NCBI GenBank assembly: GCA_016867265.1
Contig: VGJW01000017.1
Coordinates: forward strand, 17-64,016
DNA from: Candidatus Tanganyikabacteria bacterium
Lineage (GTDB): Bacteria; Cyanobacteriota; Sericytochromatia; S15B-MN24; VGJW01
DNA: 64,000 nt
Reading direction: 5' to 3'
The notes under the pieces were generated by a model, which was not told the origin of the DNA, made no database searches, and worked only from the letters and a program-made list of their open reading frames with translations. Positions within the stretch are counted from its first letter, which is position 1. Each line of letters starts with the position of its first letter. This document shows positions 25,670 through 33,909 of this stretch, in pieces. Both the position numbers and the translations under genes were made by a program.

Positions 25670-27496
25670 TCATGGTACCTCAACGGCAACCTCGGCGGCC
25701 CAGTGGCGGGCAACCTCGGCGGGCAGGACCTCACGCGCCAGCAGTTGCCGCACCCAGTCGTCGTCAGGCCCAGGCATGAAGGCCAGGCCCCGGTAAAGCA
25801 GGTTCAGATGCGCCACGAACGCCTGCGCGTCCTCCGTCGAGAAGGGCGCGAGGCCCGAGCGCCATTGCCGCTCGAGGGACGACCGGACATCGTGAAGGTC
25901 CCGGGTGCCGGACACCAGGGCATCGACCAGGTTCTGGGCCGCAGGCCCATCCGCCTCGATCTGCCCGAGCATGTCGAAGAGCATCTGGTCCACCTGCGCC
26001 CGCATGGCCGCAACGGCATCACCACCCTCGGCGGACTCGCCCGCCGAAGCCTGCGTGACGAGGGCCTCGAGCAGCTGATCCGTAAGGACGAGCCCCGATG
26101 CAAGCATCTCGAGGGCTGCCTCGAGGGCCTTGCCAAGCCGCGCCGGATCCGTGCCGCCATGACGCTCGAGGATGGCCATCAGGCGTTCGAGCAGATCGAC
26201 GAGCAGACGCTCGAGAACGGCCGGTCCCTCCGCCGTCATGCCACCGCCCGCAGCCTGAATCCACTGAGCCAGCACCTGGGCGAGGGCCGGCGGCACCGTG
26301 CCCAGAAAATCCGCCAGCAACTGCTCGAGACGCTTGCGGACCTGCCCCTCGCGCAAGCTGGAGAGGACCTCCTGCCTGCCCTGCTCGACCTGTCGCGCCT
26401 CGATGCGCCGGGCGTTGAAGTAGGCACCGGCCATCAGCGCCGCGAAGAAATCGTCGCCGTGGCGTGCCCGGAACAACGCCAGCGACTCCCTGAGTTCATC
26501 GGGACCCGGCAGAAAGGGCAGGATGGCCGCCGGGTCCTTGCGCAGCAAGGGATGCTCGGCCAGGAAACGCTGCCAAGCCTGGGTCCAGGCCTCGAGGAAG
26601 CCGGCCGCCTCACCCCTTGACCACGCCTCGGCCCAGAAGGCCTCCTCGGCTCCGGCAGCCGGGTCCCTGCCTATGGCACGGCGGAAAGAGACCCGCAGCG
26701 AGCGCGCGAGGAAGGCTTGGGAAGCCTTCGCGGCGTCGTAGGCCGAGTCAACGGCGAGCGACCGGGCAAGCGCGAGATCCTCCGGCGAGAGGCCCCGCAG
26801 GACGGGTTCACCGTCGGCGTCCCGCGTCAGGGTAACGAGATCGCCGCCAGCAAGTTGCACGATTCGGTCGGCCACGACGTGCCGGAACAGCAATTCCTGC
26901 TTGTTACGCGTGCCAGCCGCCGCCAGTCGGCCACGATAGGCCTCGAGCTCGCCGCCAGCAGGCACGCGCCCGAAGACGTTGCGGAAGGCATCCGCGACAT
27001 CGGGGCGGGCCAGCTCGAGCGGTTGAGTCCGCTGGCCGAGTGGCGCCGTGCCGGGCGCGGATCGGGCAGATGTGCGCGAGGTCAACCCGAGCGCGTCGGT
27101 GGCCTTCAAGGCCCTGTCGACCTCCTCCGTCGTGACGAAGCCCATCTCGACAAGGATTTCCCCGATGCGCGCCTTGGAAAGCGCCTGGCTCTCCAGAGCC
27201 GAGGCCAACTGCTCCGATGTGATGCGCCCCTGAGCCAGCAGGCGCTCGCCCAACCGACGGCGCGCCGAAGCAGGGGCATCCGGGCTGCCACGCTCCTGAA
27301 GCGTCAACGCCTCCTCAAGCGTCTCGGCGTCGATCAGACCCTTCTGCAGCAGCAAATCACCCAGGCGGATGTTCAAGTCGCGCTGTTCGCGCAGCGCGGC
27401 CTCGAGGTTGCCGGGGTCCAGGCGCCGCAGACGCAGCAGCACCTCACCGAGCGGTGGCCGCCCGCTCGCCATCGGACCGTGGGCTTCTGTCGACAA
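25670..27496 (-). CDS. Protein with two tandem MshEN-type (T2SSE_N-like) modules followed by DUF4214-like repeats; no ATPase domain
   Basis: 608 aa. Residues 15-133 carry four 24-aa RLGxxLLxxGLIxxxxLxxALxxQ-type motifs in two pairs with 5-aa spacers. Later come FGRVPAGGELEAYRGRL, IGRDPAAGAEEAFW and YRGLAFMPGPDDDWV repeats. No GxxxxGK[ST]. Confidence 0.75.
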   Translation of the reverse strand: MSTEAHGPMASGRPPLGEVLLRLRRLDPGNLEAALREQRDLNIRLGDLLLQKGLIDAETLEEALTLQERGSPDAPASARRRLGERLLAQGRITSEQLASALESQALSKARIGEILVEMGFVTTEEVDRALKATDALGLTSRTSARSAPGTAPLGQRTQPLELARPDVADAFRNVFGRVPAGGELEAYRGRLAAAGTRNKQELLFRHVVADRIVQLAGGDLVTLTRDADGEPVLRGLSPEDLALARSLAVDSAYDAAKASQAFLARSLRVSFRRAIGRDPAAGAEEAFWAEAWSRGEAAGFLEAWTQAWQRFLAEHPLLRKDPAAILPFLPGPDELRESLALFRARHGDDFFAALMAGAYFNARRIEARQVEQGRQEVLSSLREGQVRKRLEQLLADFLGTVPPALAQVLAQWIQAAGGGMTAEGPAVLERLLVDLLERLMAILERHGGTDPARLGKALEAALEMLASGLVLTDQLLEALVTQASAGESAEGGDAVAAMRAQVDQMLFDMLGQIEADGPAAQNLVDALVSGTRDLHDVRSSLERQWRSGLAPFSTEDAQAFVAHLNLLYRGLAFMPGPDDDWVRQLLAREVLPAEVARHWAAEVAVEVP

Positions 27497-27546
27497 GTTG
27501 CACCCCTAGTGCACCTGTACCCACCACACGGGGGCAACGGCACGCG

Positions 27547-29118
27547 TCAGGGCGCGTCAGAGACCTCGATCTGCTCCTCATCCATCCGCAACCGGCCGTG
27601 ATGCGCCACGTACCGGAACTGCGGGTGCAGCAACTCGAGCCGGCGCTGGAATCGCCAGAGGCCCGGCGTGCGCGGGATGCGACGACCGTCAACCAGAATT
27701 TGCAGGGCCCGCGGGTCTGCACGGAAGACCAGCCGGGCAAAGGGCCATGCACGATCGCCCGCGACTCCCAGCACCGGCAGGCGCGAGACATCCAGTGTCC
27801 GATCACGACCCTCGAAGGCCAACGACATCAGGCCCTCCAGCAGCACCGTCCGGGGGGCGACCCGAAGCGGTGGACGCTGGACCGGGTTCCACGACAGGCC
27901 ACCCTGCCGGGACTGCCCGCCGACGGGTGCCGGCAGTTCCAGGGCAATCGCGATGCCCGGCTGCATGTCGAATGCCGAGAGACGCTCCGCCCGGTCCATG
28001 CCGAGTTGCCCCACCTGCTCCTCGACATGCCGGCCGGACTCGGCCGGAACGCTTTCCATGCCCTCGTCGAAGCCCAGGGTTCGGGCCAACACCGCCGTCA
28101 CCGAACCTGCCCGCAGCACGCGCTCGGGCCACTGGTCCCCAGCAAGTCGATCGAGCATCGTGGCTTGCACCAGAGCCGTGACGAGCAGGGTATCGCCCTC
28201 CTGCTCCTGACTGCCCGCCAGGCGCGTGCAGCGACTGCGCAACCAAGCCAGGTACTCGGCACCGGATGCATGGCGCCACGGCAAGGCTCCAGCTCCGGCC
28301 CGGGTCGCGCCGCGTGCGGCGACAGCCTGCCGGGTCATCGGCCAATGCCTGATGAGGGCCCGCAAGGCCTCCCGATGATCCTCGGCCTGCGCTTCACTGG
28401 CCGGGAGCGCGGCATGGCGTGCCTTACGGGCCACGAGGAAACCAACCAGCGCCGCCTTCTGGGCAGCAGGCTCTCGCGTCACGAGGGCCATCCCGAGCGC
28501 ATCGAGTTCCCGAGCCAGCCCACGACCGCCCGGGACCGACGCCGACGACCGACCGCGAAGCTCCCGGGCCCAAGGGGCGCGGGCAAGCACATGCCGGTTG
28601 AGGCCAAGGACCAGCAGCGAGGAGGGAGACGGTCCCGTCGGGAAGAAGGTGGGCAGCAGGTCATATGGCGCCGAAACGAGGCGCTGTCCGGCAAGGTTGA
28701 CTTCGAGACTGCCCGAATCGAGATCTGTCGTAGGGCCCTGTCGCCACTGGATCGCGCGACCCACAGCCGAGAGCGGCCTGAAGCCGGGCAGGGGAACGGG
28801 CACGTGGAAGGCCATGGCCATCCGGCCCGGATCCACCAACAGCAACGGCACCTTGTCAAAGGCAAAGCCCGCGAGGGGACGATCGGGGGGCCCCGCAAGG
28901 CGACTGGCCTCCGCAACCCACGACATCACGGAGCGGTCCCGCGGTCCGGGGGAGATCGGCGCAGCCGAAACATCGGTCCCGGCTACCAGAAGCAGCGTCG
29001 CCAGGGGCAAGCCGCGAAACGTCCGGGCCCGCCATCGGCTCGCGCCACGGGGGCCGTGGCGCCCCGGAACGCTAGCTGTCACCTGGACGCCGACCCGCAC
29101 CCGACGAGGACGGCGCAT
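27547..29118 (-). CDS. Hypothetical secreted protein (~520 aa)
   Basis: N-terminal RWRARTFRGLPLATLLLVAGTDVSAAP signal-like segment. No recognised domain. The start is ATG 29118 or GTG 29082, and both overlap the upstream gene's end. Confidence 0.55.
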   Translation of the reverse strand: MRRPRRVRVGVQVTASVPGRHGPRGASRWRARTFRGLPLATLLLVAGTDVSAAPISPGPRDRSVMSWVAEASRLAGPPDRPLAGFAFDKVPLLLVDPGRMAMAFHVPVPLPGFRPLSAVGRAIQWRQGPTTDLDSGSLEVNLAGQRLVSAPYDLLPTFFPTGPSPSSLLVLGLNRHVLARAPWARELRGRSSASVPGGRGLARELDALGMALVTREPAAQKAALVGFLVARKARHAALPASEAQAEDHREALRALIRHWPMTRQAVAARGATRAGAGALPWRHASGAEYLAWLRSRCTRLAGSQEQEGDTLLVTALVQATMLDRLAGDQWPERVLRAGSVTAVLARTLGFDEGMESVPAESGRHVEEQVGQLGMDRAERLSAFDMQPGIAIALELPAPVGGQSRQGGLSWNPVQRPPLRVAPRTVLLEGLMSLAFEGRDRTLDVSRLPVLGVAGDRAWPFARLVFRADPRALQILVDGRRIPRTPGLWRFQRRLELLHPQFRYVAHHGRLRMDEEQIEVSDAP

Positions 29119-29650
29119 CCGCCATCGCACCCGGGAGGGCTGAACGGCCACGGCCGGCAGGGGAAGCCACGGGCCTGACCCGACGCTTCTCGCCCAAGGG
29201 GCGACGGATGACCCTGATCTCGCTCGCCACGACCCGCTCGTCGATGCGTTCACGCCTGATGGCTTCGTCGACGGGATTGGGGTCGACCCGCCGCATCACC
29301 CAGCCGTAGACCGGCCGCACGGCCTGCTGATCGGGGTCCATCTCGACTCCCGTCTGCGCCCAGACCCGCTCCTCGACCGGTCGATTGACCTGTCTGTGCT
29401 CGATCCACGAGATCAGGCGCGTCTGGATGGTGTCGACGCGGACACGCTCCACGGACACGCTCCGCTCTATCTCGGCAAGGACCCGACGTCCACGCACCCG
29501 CTCTTCCCGTCGCTCGACGACCCGCTCCACCTGCTTGGACAACGGTGTCTGCACGACACGAAATGAGAGCGTTGCCTCTTCCTCGGCACGGACGGGTGCG
29601 CCGAACAGCAGCCAGATGAAGGCTGCGAGGCAAACGGAGGGGTATCTCAA
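29072..29650 (-). CDS. Hypothetical secreted protein (192 aa), E/R/V-rich
   Basis: TTG 29650 gives MRYPSVCLAAFIWLLFGAPVRA|EEE, a signal peptide. The track's longer start would overlap the divergent MazG gene. Confidence 0.5.
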   Translation of the reverse strand: MRYPSVCLAAFIWLLFGAPVRAEEEATLSFRVVQTPLSKQVERVVERREERVRGRRVLAEIERSVSVERVRVDTIQTRLISWIEHRQVNRPVEERVWAQTGVEMDPDQQAVRPVYGWVMRRVDPNPVDEAIRRERIDERVVASEIRVIRRPLGEKRRVRPVASPAGRGRSALPGAMADAPSSSGAGRRPGDS

Positions 29651-29739
29651 GTCCCAGACACTCGGAAACTCGCCAAGGGCTCCGCCGCCTCTGTACCCTG
29701 AAGGCAAGACCTTGGCACACCGGTTCGGGAGGCCCGTCC

Positions 29740-30066
29740 ATGTCGGCATTGACCCTGGGCAATCTGCAGGACCGTATCGATGACTGGGTACGGGCCCACG
29801 GCGGCTACTTTCCTCCCCTCGCACAGGTCGCGCGGCTGACGGAAGAGCTTGGCGAGATCGCGCGTGCCGCCAACGCCCGATGGGGGGGCAAGACCCCCAA
29901 ACCCGGGGAAGCCCCCGTTGACCTCGGGACCGAGATCGGAGACCTGCTTTTCGTGCTTGCGTGCCTTGCCAACCAGGCAGGAGTTCGTCTCGACGCGGCT
30001 GCCGAAGAGGCACTCGCACGGACGGCCGGGCGTGACGGGAGCCGATTCAGGGATCTGGGCGGCTAA
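29740..30066 (+). CDS. MazG-like nucleotide pyrophosphohydrolase domain protein
   Basis: 108 aa behind GGGAGG. LTEELGEIARA and EIGDLLFVLACLAN (ExxE / ExxD helices). Confidence 0.75.
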   Translation: MSALTLGNLQDRIDDWVRAHGGYFPPLAQVARLTEELGEIARAANARWGGKTPKPGEAPVDLGTEIGDLLFVLACLANQAGVRLDAAAEEALARTAGRDGSRFRDLGG

Positions 30067-30557
30067 CCAAGGTCGTCAGCCGCTCCCAGCATCTGGCTAT
30101 CCCGTTCCGGGCCACGGCCGCTCACGCGGTCGAGCAGGACTTCGTCGGCTCCTGCGGCCACCAGCATGTCCCGCCCCGACTGCTCGTGGTGCGCGTAGAC
30201 ATGGCGCGCCCAGGCCAGCGTCCCCACTGGCCCGGCCGGCTGTTCCACCGGCGCCGGGGGCAACAGGACGCAGACGGTCCGCCAGAAGAGGCCATAGCCC
30301 GCCGGCTTGCCGACATCGTGGAGCAGGGCCGCACGCACCAGGTCCCGATCTCCGCCGGCAGCCTGGACCCGCCTTGCCACACGGAGTGCATGGCTGCGAT
30401 CGGGCCGCGCCATGCCGGCGAAGAGGGCACCGAGACGGACATCCAGCAGGGACGAAGCCCAGCGGACGTCCTCGTCCCGCAGGGGTGCCCACAGGTACCA
30501 CAACGCCTGCCGGACCCTGCGAAGGGCGACTGTCAGGGCGTCACCTGCAACAGCCAC
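30063..30557 (-). CDS. HD-domain phosphohydrolase
   Basis: 164 aa. SHALRVARRV...ALLHDVGK (H...HD). GTG start overlapping the upstream gene by 25 nt. Confidence 0.7.
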   Translation of the reverse strand: MAVAGDALTVALRRVRQALWYLWAPLRDEDVRWASSLLDVRLGALFAGMARPDRSHALRVARRVQAAGGDRDLVRAALLHDVGKPAGYGLFWRTVCVLLPPAPVEQPAGPVGTLAWARHVYAHHEQSGRDMLVAAGADEVLLDRVSGRGPERDSQMLGAADDLG

Positions 30558-31171
30558 GCCATGGCCGAACGCATGACGACAGCCAGCAACGCCTGGCCCT
30601 GGGGCAGGAACACGAGCAGGACGAGCACCACGACGCCATAGGGCACCAACTGGTGCATGGCCGGACGCAGGCGCTCCGGCAGCAAGCCCCGGACCATGCC
30701 GGCACCGTCGAACGGCGGGATGGGCAACATGTTGAAGACCGCGAGGTTGACGTTCAGGAGCACGAGGGTCTTCAGGACCTCGCCGGTCGCCTCGGCCGTC
30801 CCCGGGGTGGGCATCTCGAGGTGCTTGAGGCCCAGCAGGGCCAGGAAGGCCAGCAACAGGTTGCTGGCCGGCCCGGCCGCCGAGACGAGCGTGGCACCCC
30901 AGCGCCGCAACTGGCCCTCGTCGACCGGCACAGGCCGGGCCCAGCCCACGGGCGCGAAGAGCAGCATCAGGGTCCCCAGGGGATCGAGGTGGGCAACCGG
31001 ATTCAACGTCAGGCGACCCATACGGGCTGCCGTATCATCTCCCATCCGGAACGCAGCCCAAGCGTGCGCGGCCTCATGGAGGGTAATGGATACGATGAAG
31101 AGCGGCAACTGCAGTGTCAGGCGCTCGAGCAGGTCCTGGCCGCCCGAGGTGCCCGTCAGGAAGCCGAACAT
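30533..31171 (-). CDS. Site-2 protease family (M50) membrane metalloprotease
   Basis: 212 aa. ITLHEAAHAWAA (HExxH), NLAVFNMLPIPPFDG (NxxPxPxLDG-like). Confidence 0.85.
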   Translation of the reverse strand: MFGFLTGTSGGQDLLERLTLQLPLFIVSITLHEAAHAWAAFRMGDDTAARMGRLTLNPVAHLDPLGTLMLLFAPVGWARPVPVDEGQLRRWGATLVSAAGPASNLLLAFLALLGLKHLEMPTPGTAEATGEVLKTLVLLNVNLAVFNMLPIPPFDGAGMVRGLLPERLRPAMHQLVPYGVVVLVLLVFLPQGQALLAVVMRSAMAWLLQVTP

Positions 31172-33370
31172 CTACGCCAGCTCCCCCGCCTCGGAGAGCA
31201 GGGAAAGCGCCAAGGCCTGCTGCTCGGAGGCCGAGACGGCCTTGCCGTCGATCAGGGCCGCACGCACGCGCCGCAAGATTTCGCCCGTACGGGGGCCCGG
31301 TTGCAGCCCTTGCCGGCGCAGCCAGTCACCATCGATCGCGACCGCAAGGCGCCGGTGCCCCAGATGTTCGTCGAGCACCGGCAGCACGTCGCCGGCCTCG
31401 GACAAGAGCGCAAGCAGCGATAGGCCAAGCCGCTCGAGATCCGCAAGGTGCTGGTAACGCTCGCTCGCCGAGCGGCGGGTCCAGCCCGGCTGCTCGCGTT
31501 CGAGTCGGGCATGGCGAGACAACGCACTGGTCAGCCGGTGCTGTTCGCTGCCCGGCAGGTGCAGGCGGGCGAGGGCGTCCGCGCGACCCGGCTCATCCAA
31601 CTGGGCAACAAGCCCCCCGAGGACGAGCAGGAACGTGGCCTCGGCGGGCTCCTCTCCCTGCGCGACCAACCAACGGGTCACCGGCTCGAGGCGCTCCAGG
31701 AAGCGGTCCGTCGGATGCCAGCCCGCAAAGGCCCCGGCCACGAGGCGCCACGCGTCGAGGTCGGCCAGGGCCTCGACTCCGACCGCGCCGTGTCCGACCC
31801 CGAGCAGCTTGCGCAACTCGTTCTTGAGGCGCTCGCCACCGACACCGTCCAGGCGGCCGGATGACATGGCATAGCGGGCAAATCCCTCGGTCTCGGGATG
31901 GAATCGCAGGCCCGTGGCCAAAGCGAAGCGGACACCTCGGACCAGCCGGGTCGGGTCCTCGATGAAGCTGAGGTTGTGCAAGGTGCGCAGATGGCCCGAC
32001 TCGAGGTCGTCCACCCCCCCGAAGAAGTCGACAACCTCTCCGAAGGCTTCTCCGTCGAGGCGCAGGGCCAGTGCATTCACCGTGAAGTCACGGCGGCCTA
32101 GATCATGCCGCAGGCCTGCGGCCTGGACCTCGGGCAGGGCACCCGGCTGCCTGTAGGTCTCGCGTCGGGCCATCGCCACGTCGATGCGCCGCCCGTCGGG
32201 CAGACGCAGCGTCGCGGTACCGAAGGCAGGATGCCGGATGACCTCGGCGCCCAGCACGTCGCCAAGGCGGGCAACCAAGGCATCGGCCGGCTGCTCGGTC
32301 ATCAGGTCGAGATCGAAGCTCGGCCGCTCCAGCAACAGGTCGCGCACGGCGCCCCCGACCAGATAAAGCGCCTGTTCGCCGGCGATGGCGCGGATCTGTT
32401 CGAGCAGCGCCAGCTCGGCTGCAGGCCAGAGGCGACGCATCCGCTCGGCCAGGCTCGCCGGCCTGAGCGAGGGCGGCAGGCGATGGGCATAGAGCAGCCC
32501 AACCACGTCCGAACGCGACACGATCCCGACGACCCGGCCCTCGGCGACAACCACCGCCTTGCCGGGGCCGGGGCCCAGCACGACGGGCAGCAGCGCCTCG
32601 GCCCCGCTCGAGGGCGTGAGCAGCGCCGGACAGGGCGACATCACCTCGTGAATCGGGCGCTCGGCGAGGCCGTGCCGCACGGCGCGCGCGACGTCGGGCC
32701 GCAGGACCAAGCCCATCGGTGCACCTGCCGCATCAACCACGACGAGGCTGCCGTGGGGATGTTCCGTCAGGACGTCCCACGCCGAGGCCACGCTGGCCGA
32801 GACCTCGATCGTGCGGACGGGGTGACTCATCAGGGAACCGACCGTGACCGCCGAGTCGAGCGGTGCCCGCAAGACCGCCTCGGGCCCGAGATGACTCCAA
32901 CGGGAGGCCAGCTCCCGGTCGGCACCGGCCTCGAGCAGGCGAGCCATCGCCTCGATTTCGACAGTGCCCGGGAAGCCCCGGCACCCATCCGTGACCGCCA
33001 GGAACAGCAGGGTGGCCTCCATCGGCGACAGGGCAATCCCCCGCTCGCGGAGGCGGGGCAGCAAGCCGGCTGTCAGCGACAAGGCCCCCGCAGGCAAGGT
33101 CACGGTACGGGTCTCGGCACGCCGCGAGAGGCTCGCGGGCATCTCGGGGGCAAGTCCCTCGGGATGCCAAACCACGAGGCTCCCGCCCTCGGACAGGATG
33201 CCGTCGGCCAGGCCCAGCACGTCCGCGTGCATCCGCACGAGGGGCAGGAGCGCGGCAGGCAAGTCATCCGGCGGCACGAGGACAGCCTCGGGCACGAGGC
33301 GGCGGATCACGAGGGCAGCCCCGAGTCCGTCGGGGGAAGCTGGGGCAATCAGGATGGCCTGGGTCGTCAT
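31172..33370 (-). CDS. CCA-adding enzyme/poly(A) polymerase-family nucleotidyltransferase with an N-terminal degenerate DHH-like region and two CBS domains
   Basis: 732 aa from MTTQAILIAP. Two CBS-like segments (MSHPVRTIE..., IHEVMSPCPALL...). LYLVGGAVRDLLLERPSFDLDL head domain, RRDFTVNALA, EDPTRLVRGVRF. Confidence 0.85.
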   Translation of the reverse strand: MTTQAILIAPASPDGLGAALVIRRLVPEAVLVPPDDLPAALLPLVRMHADVLGLADGILSEGGSLVVWHPEGLAPEMPASLSRRAETRTVTLPAGALSLTAGLLPRLRERGIALSPMEATLLFLAVTDGCRGFPGTVEIEAMARLLEAGADRELASRWSHLGPEAVLRAPLDSAVTVGSLMSHPVRTIEVSASVASAWDVLTEHPHGSLVVVDAAGAPMGLVLRPDVARAVRHGLAERPIHEVMSPCPALLTPSSGAEALLPVVLGPGPGKAVVVAEGRVVGIVSRSDVVGLLYAHRLPPSLRPASLAERMRRLWPAAELALLEQIRAIAGEQALYLVGGAVRDLLLERPSFDLDLMTEQPADALVARLGDVLGAEVIRHPAFGTATLRLPDGRRIDVAMARRETYRQPGALPEVQAAGLRHDLGRRDFTVNALALRLDGEAFGEVVDFFGGVDDLESGHLRTLHNLSFIEDPTRLVRGVRFALATGLRFHPETEGFARYAMSSGRLDGVGGERLKNELRKLLGVGHGAVGVEALADLDAWRLVAGAFAGWHPTDRFLERLEPVTRWLVAQGEEPAEATFLLVLGGLVAQLDEPGRADALARLHLPGSEQHRLTSALSRHARLEREQPGWTRRSASERYQHLADLERLGLSLLALLSEAGDVLPVLDEHLGHRRLAVAIDGDWLRRQGLQPGPRTGEILRRVRAALIDGKAVSASEQQALALSLLSEAGELA

Positions 33371-33534
33371 GGGCGGGCTCCGGTCAATCGTGATGTTATC
33401 GTACCTCCGGCAGGCTCCAAGAAGCATCGCCGTCATGGCATGCTTGGGTCGTGGCCGGTATCCGGCGGACGATGGTCGCGGCAGGCCGACGTGGCCTAGT
33501 CCGCTCCCCGAGTCCACCCAGCATTGAGGTCTTC

Positions 33535-33888
33535 ATGTCCATGGTCAATTCCGTCGTACTTGTCGGACGCGCCGGTGCCGATCCGGAGGTCCGCGTCTTC
33601 GAGCCCTCCGGCGATACCATCGTCAAGTTCAATCTGGCGGTCAACCGTCCCGTTCGCCGTCAGGAGGGGGTCGACTCCACCGACTGGTTCCGCATCGAGT
33701 TGCGCGGCCGCCAGACCGACGCCGCAGCCAAGTACATCCGAAAGGGCGGCCTCGTGGGCATCCAGGGTCGCCTCGAGCTCGACAAGTACAAGGATCGCGA
33801 GGGCCACATGCGGGAAATCTTCGTCATCCGGGCCAACAACTTCCAGTTGCTCGGCAGTCGCAACGACAGGCAGGACGGGCTGTCCTGA
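33535..33888 (+). CDS. ssb: Single-stranded DNA-binding protein (OB fold only, 117 aa)
   Basis: MSMVNSVVLVGRAGADPEVRVF...TDWFRIELRGRQTDAAAKYIRKGGLVGIQGRLELDKY. Ends ...GSRNDRQDGLS, with no acidic DDxPF tip. Confidence 0.85.
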   Translation: MSMVNSVVLVGRAGADPEVRVFEPSGDTIVKFNLAVNRPVRRQEGVDSTDWFRIELRGRQTDAAAKYIRKGGLVGIQGRLELDKYKDREGHMREIFVIRANNFQLLGSRNDRQDGLS

Positions 33889-33909
33889 TCGCCGGGGACC
33901 TTCCGGACC

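Noticed and set aside
33371-33534. SOS/LexA box or Deinococcus-type RDRM palindrome upstream of ssb
   Set aside because: Only a weak 6-bp inverted repeat is present (AAGCAT-N12-ATGCTT), plus an ATGTTATCGTAC stretch. Neither matches a consensus I can recall with confidence.
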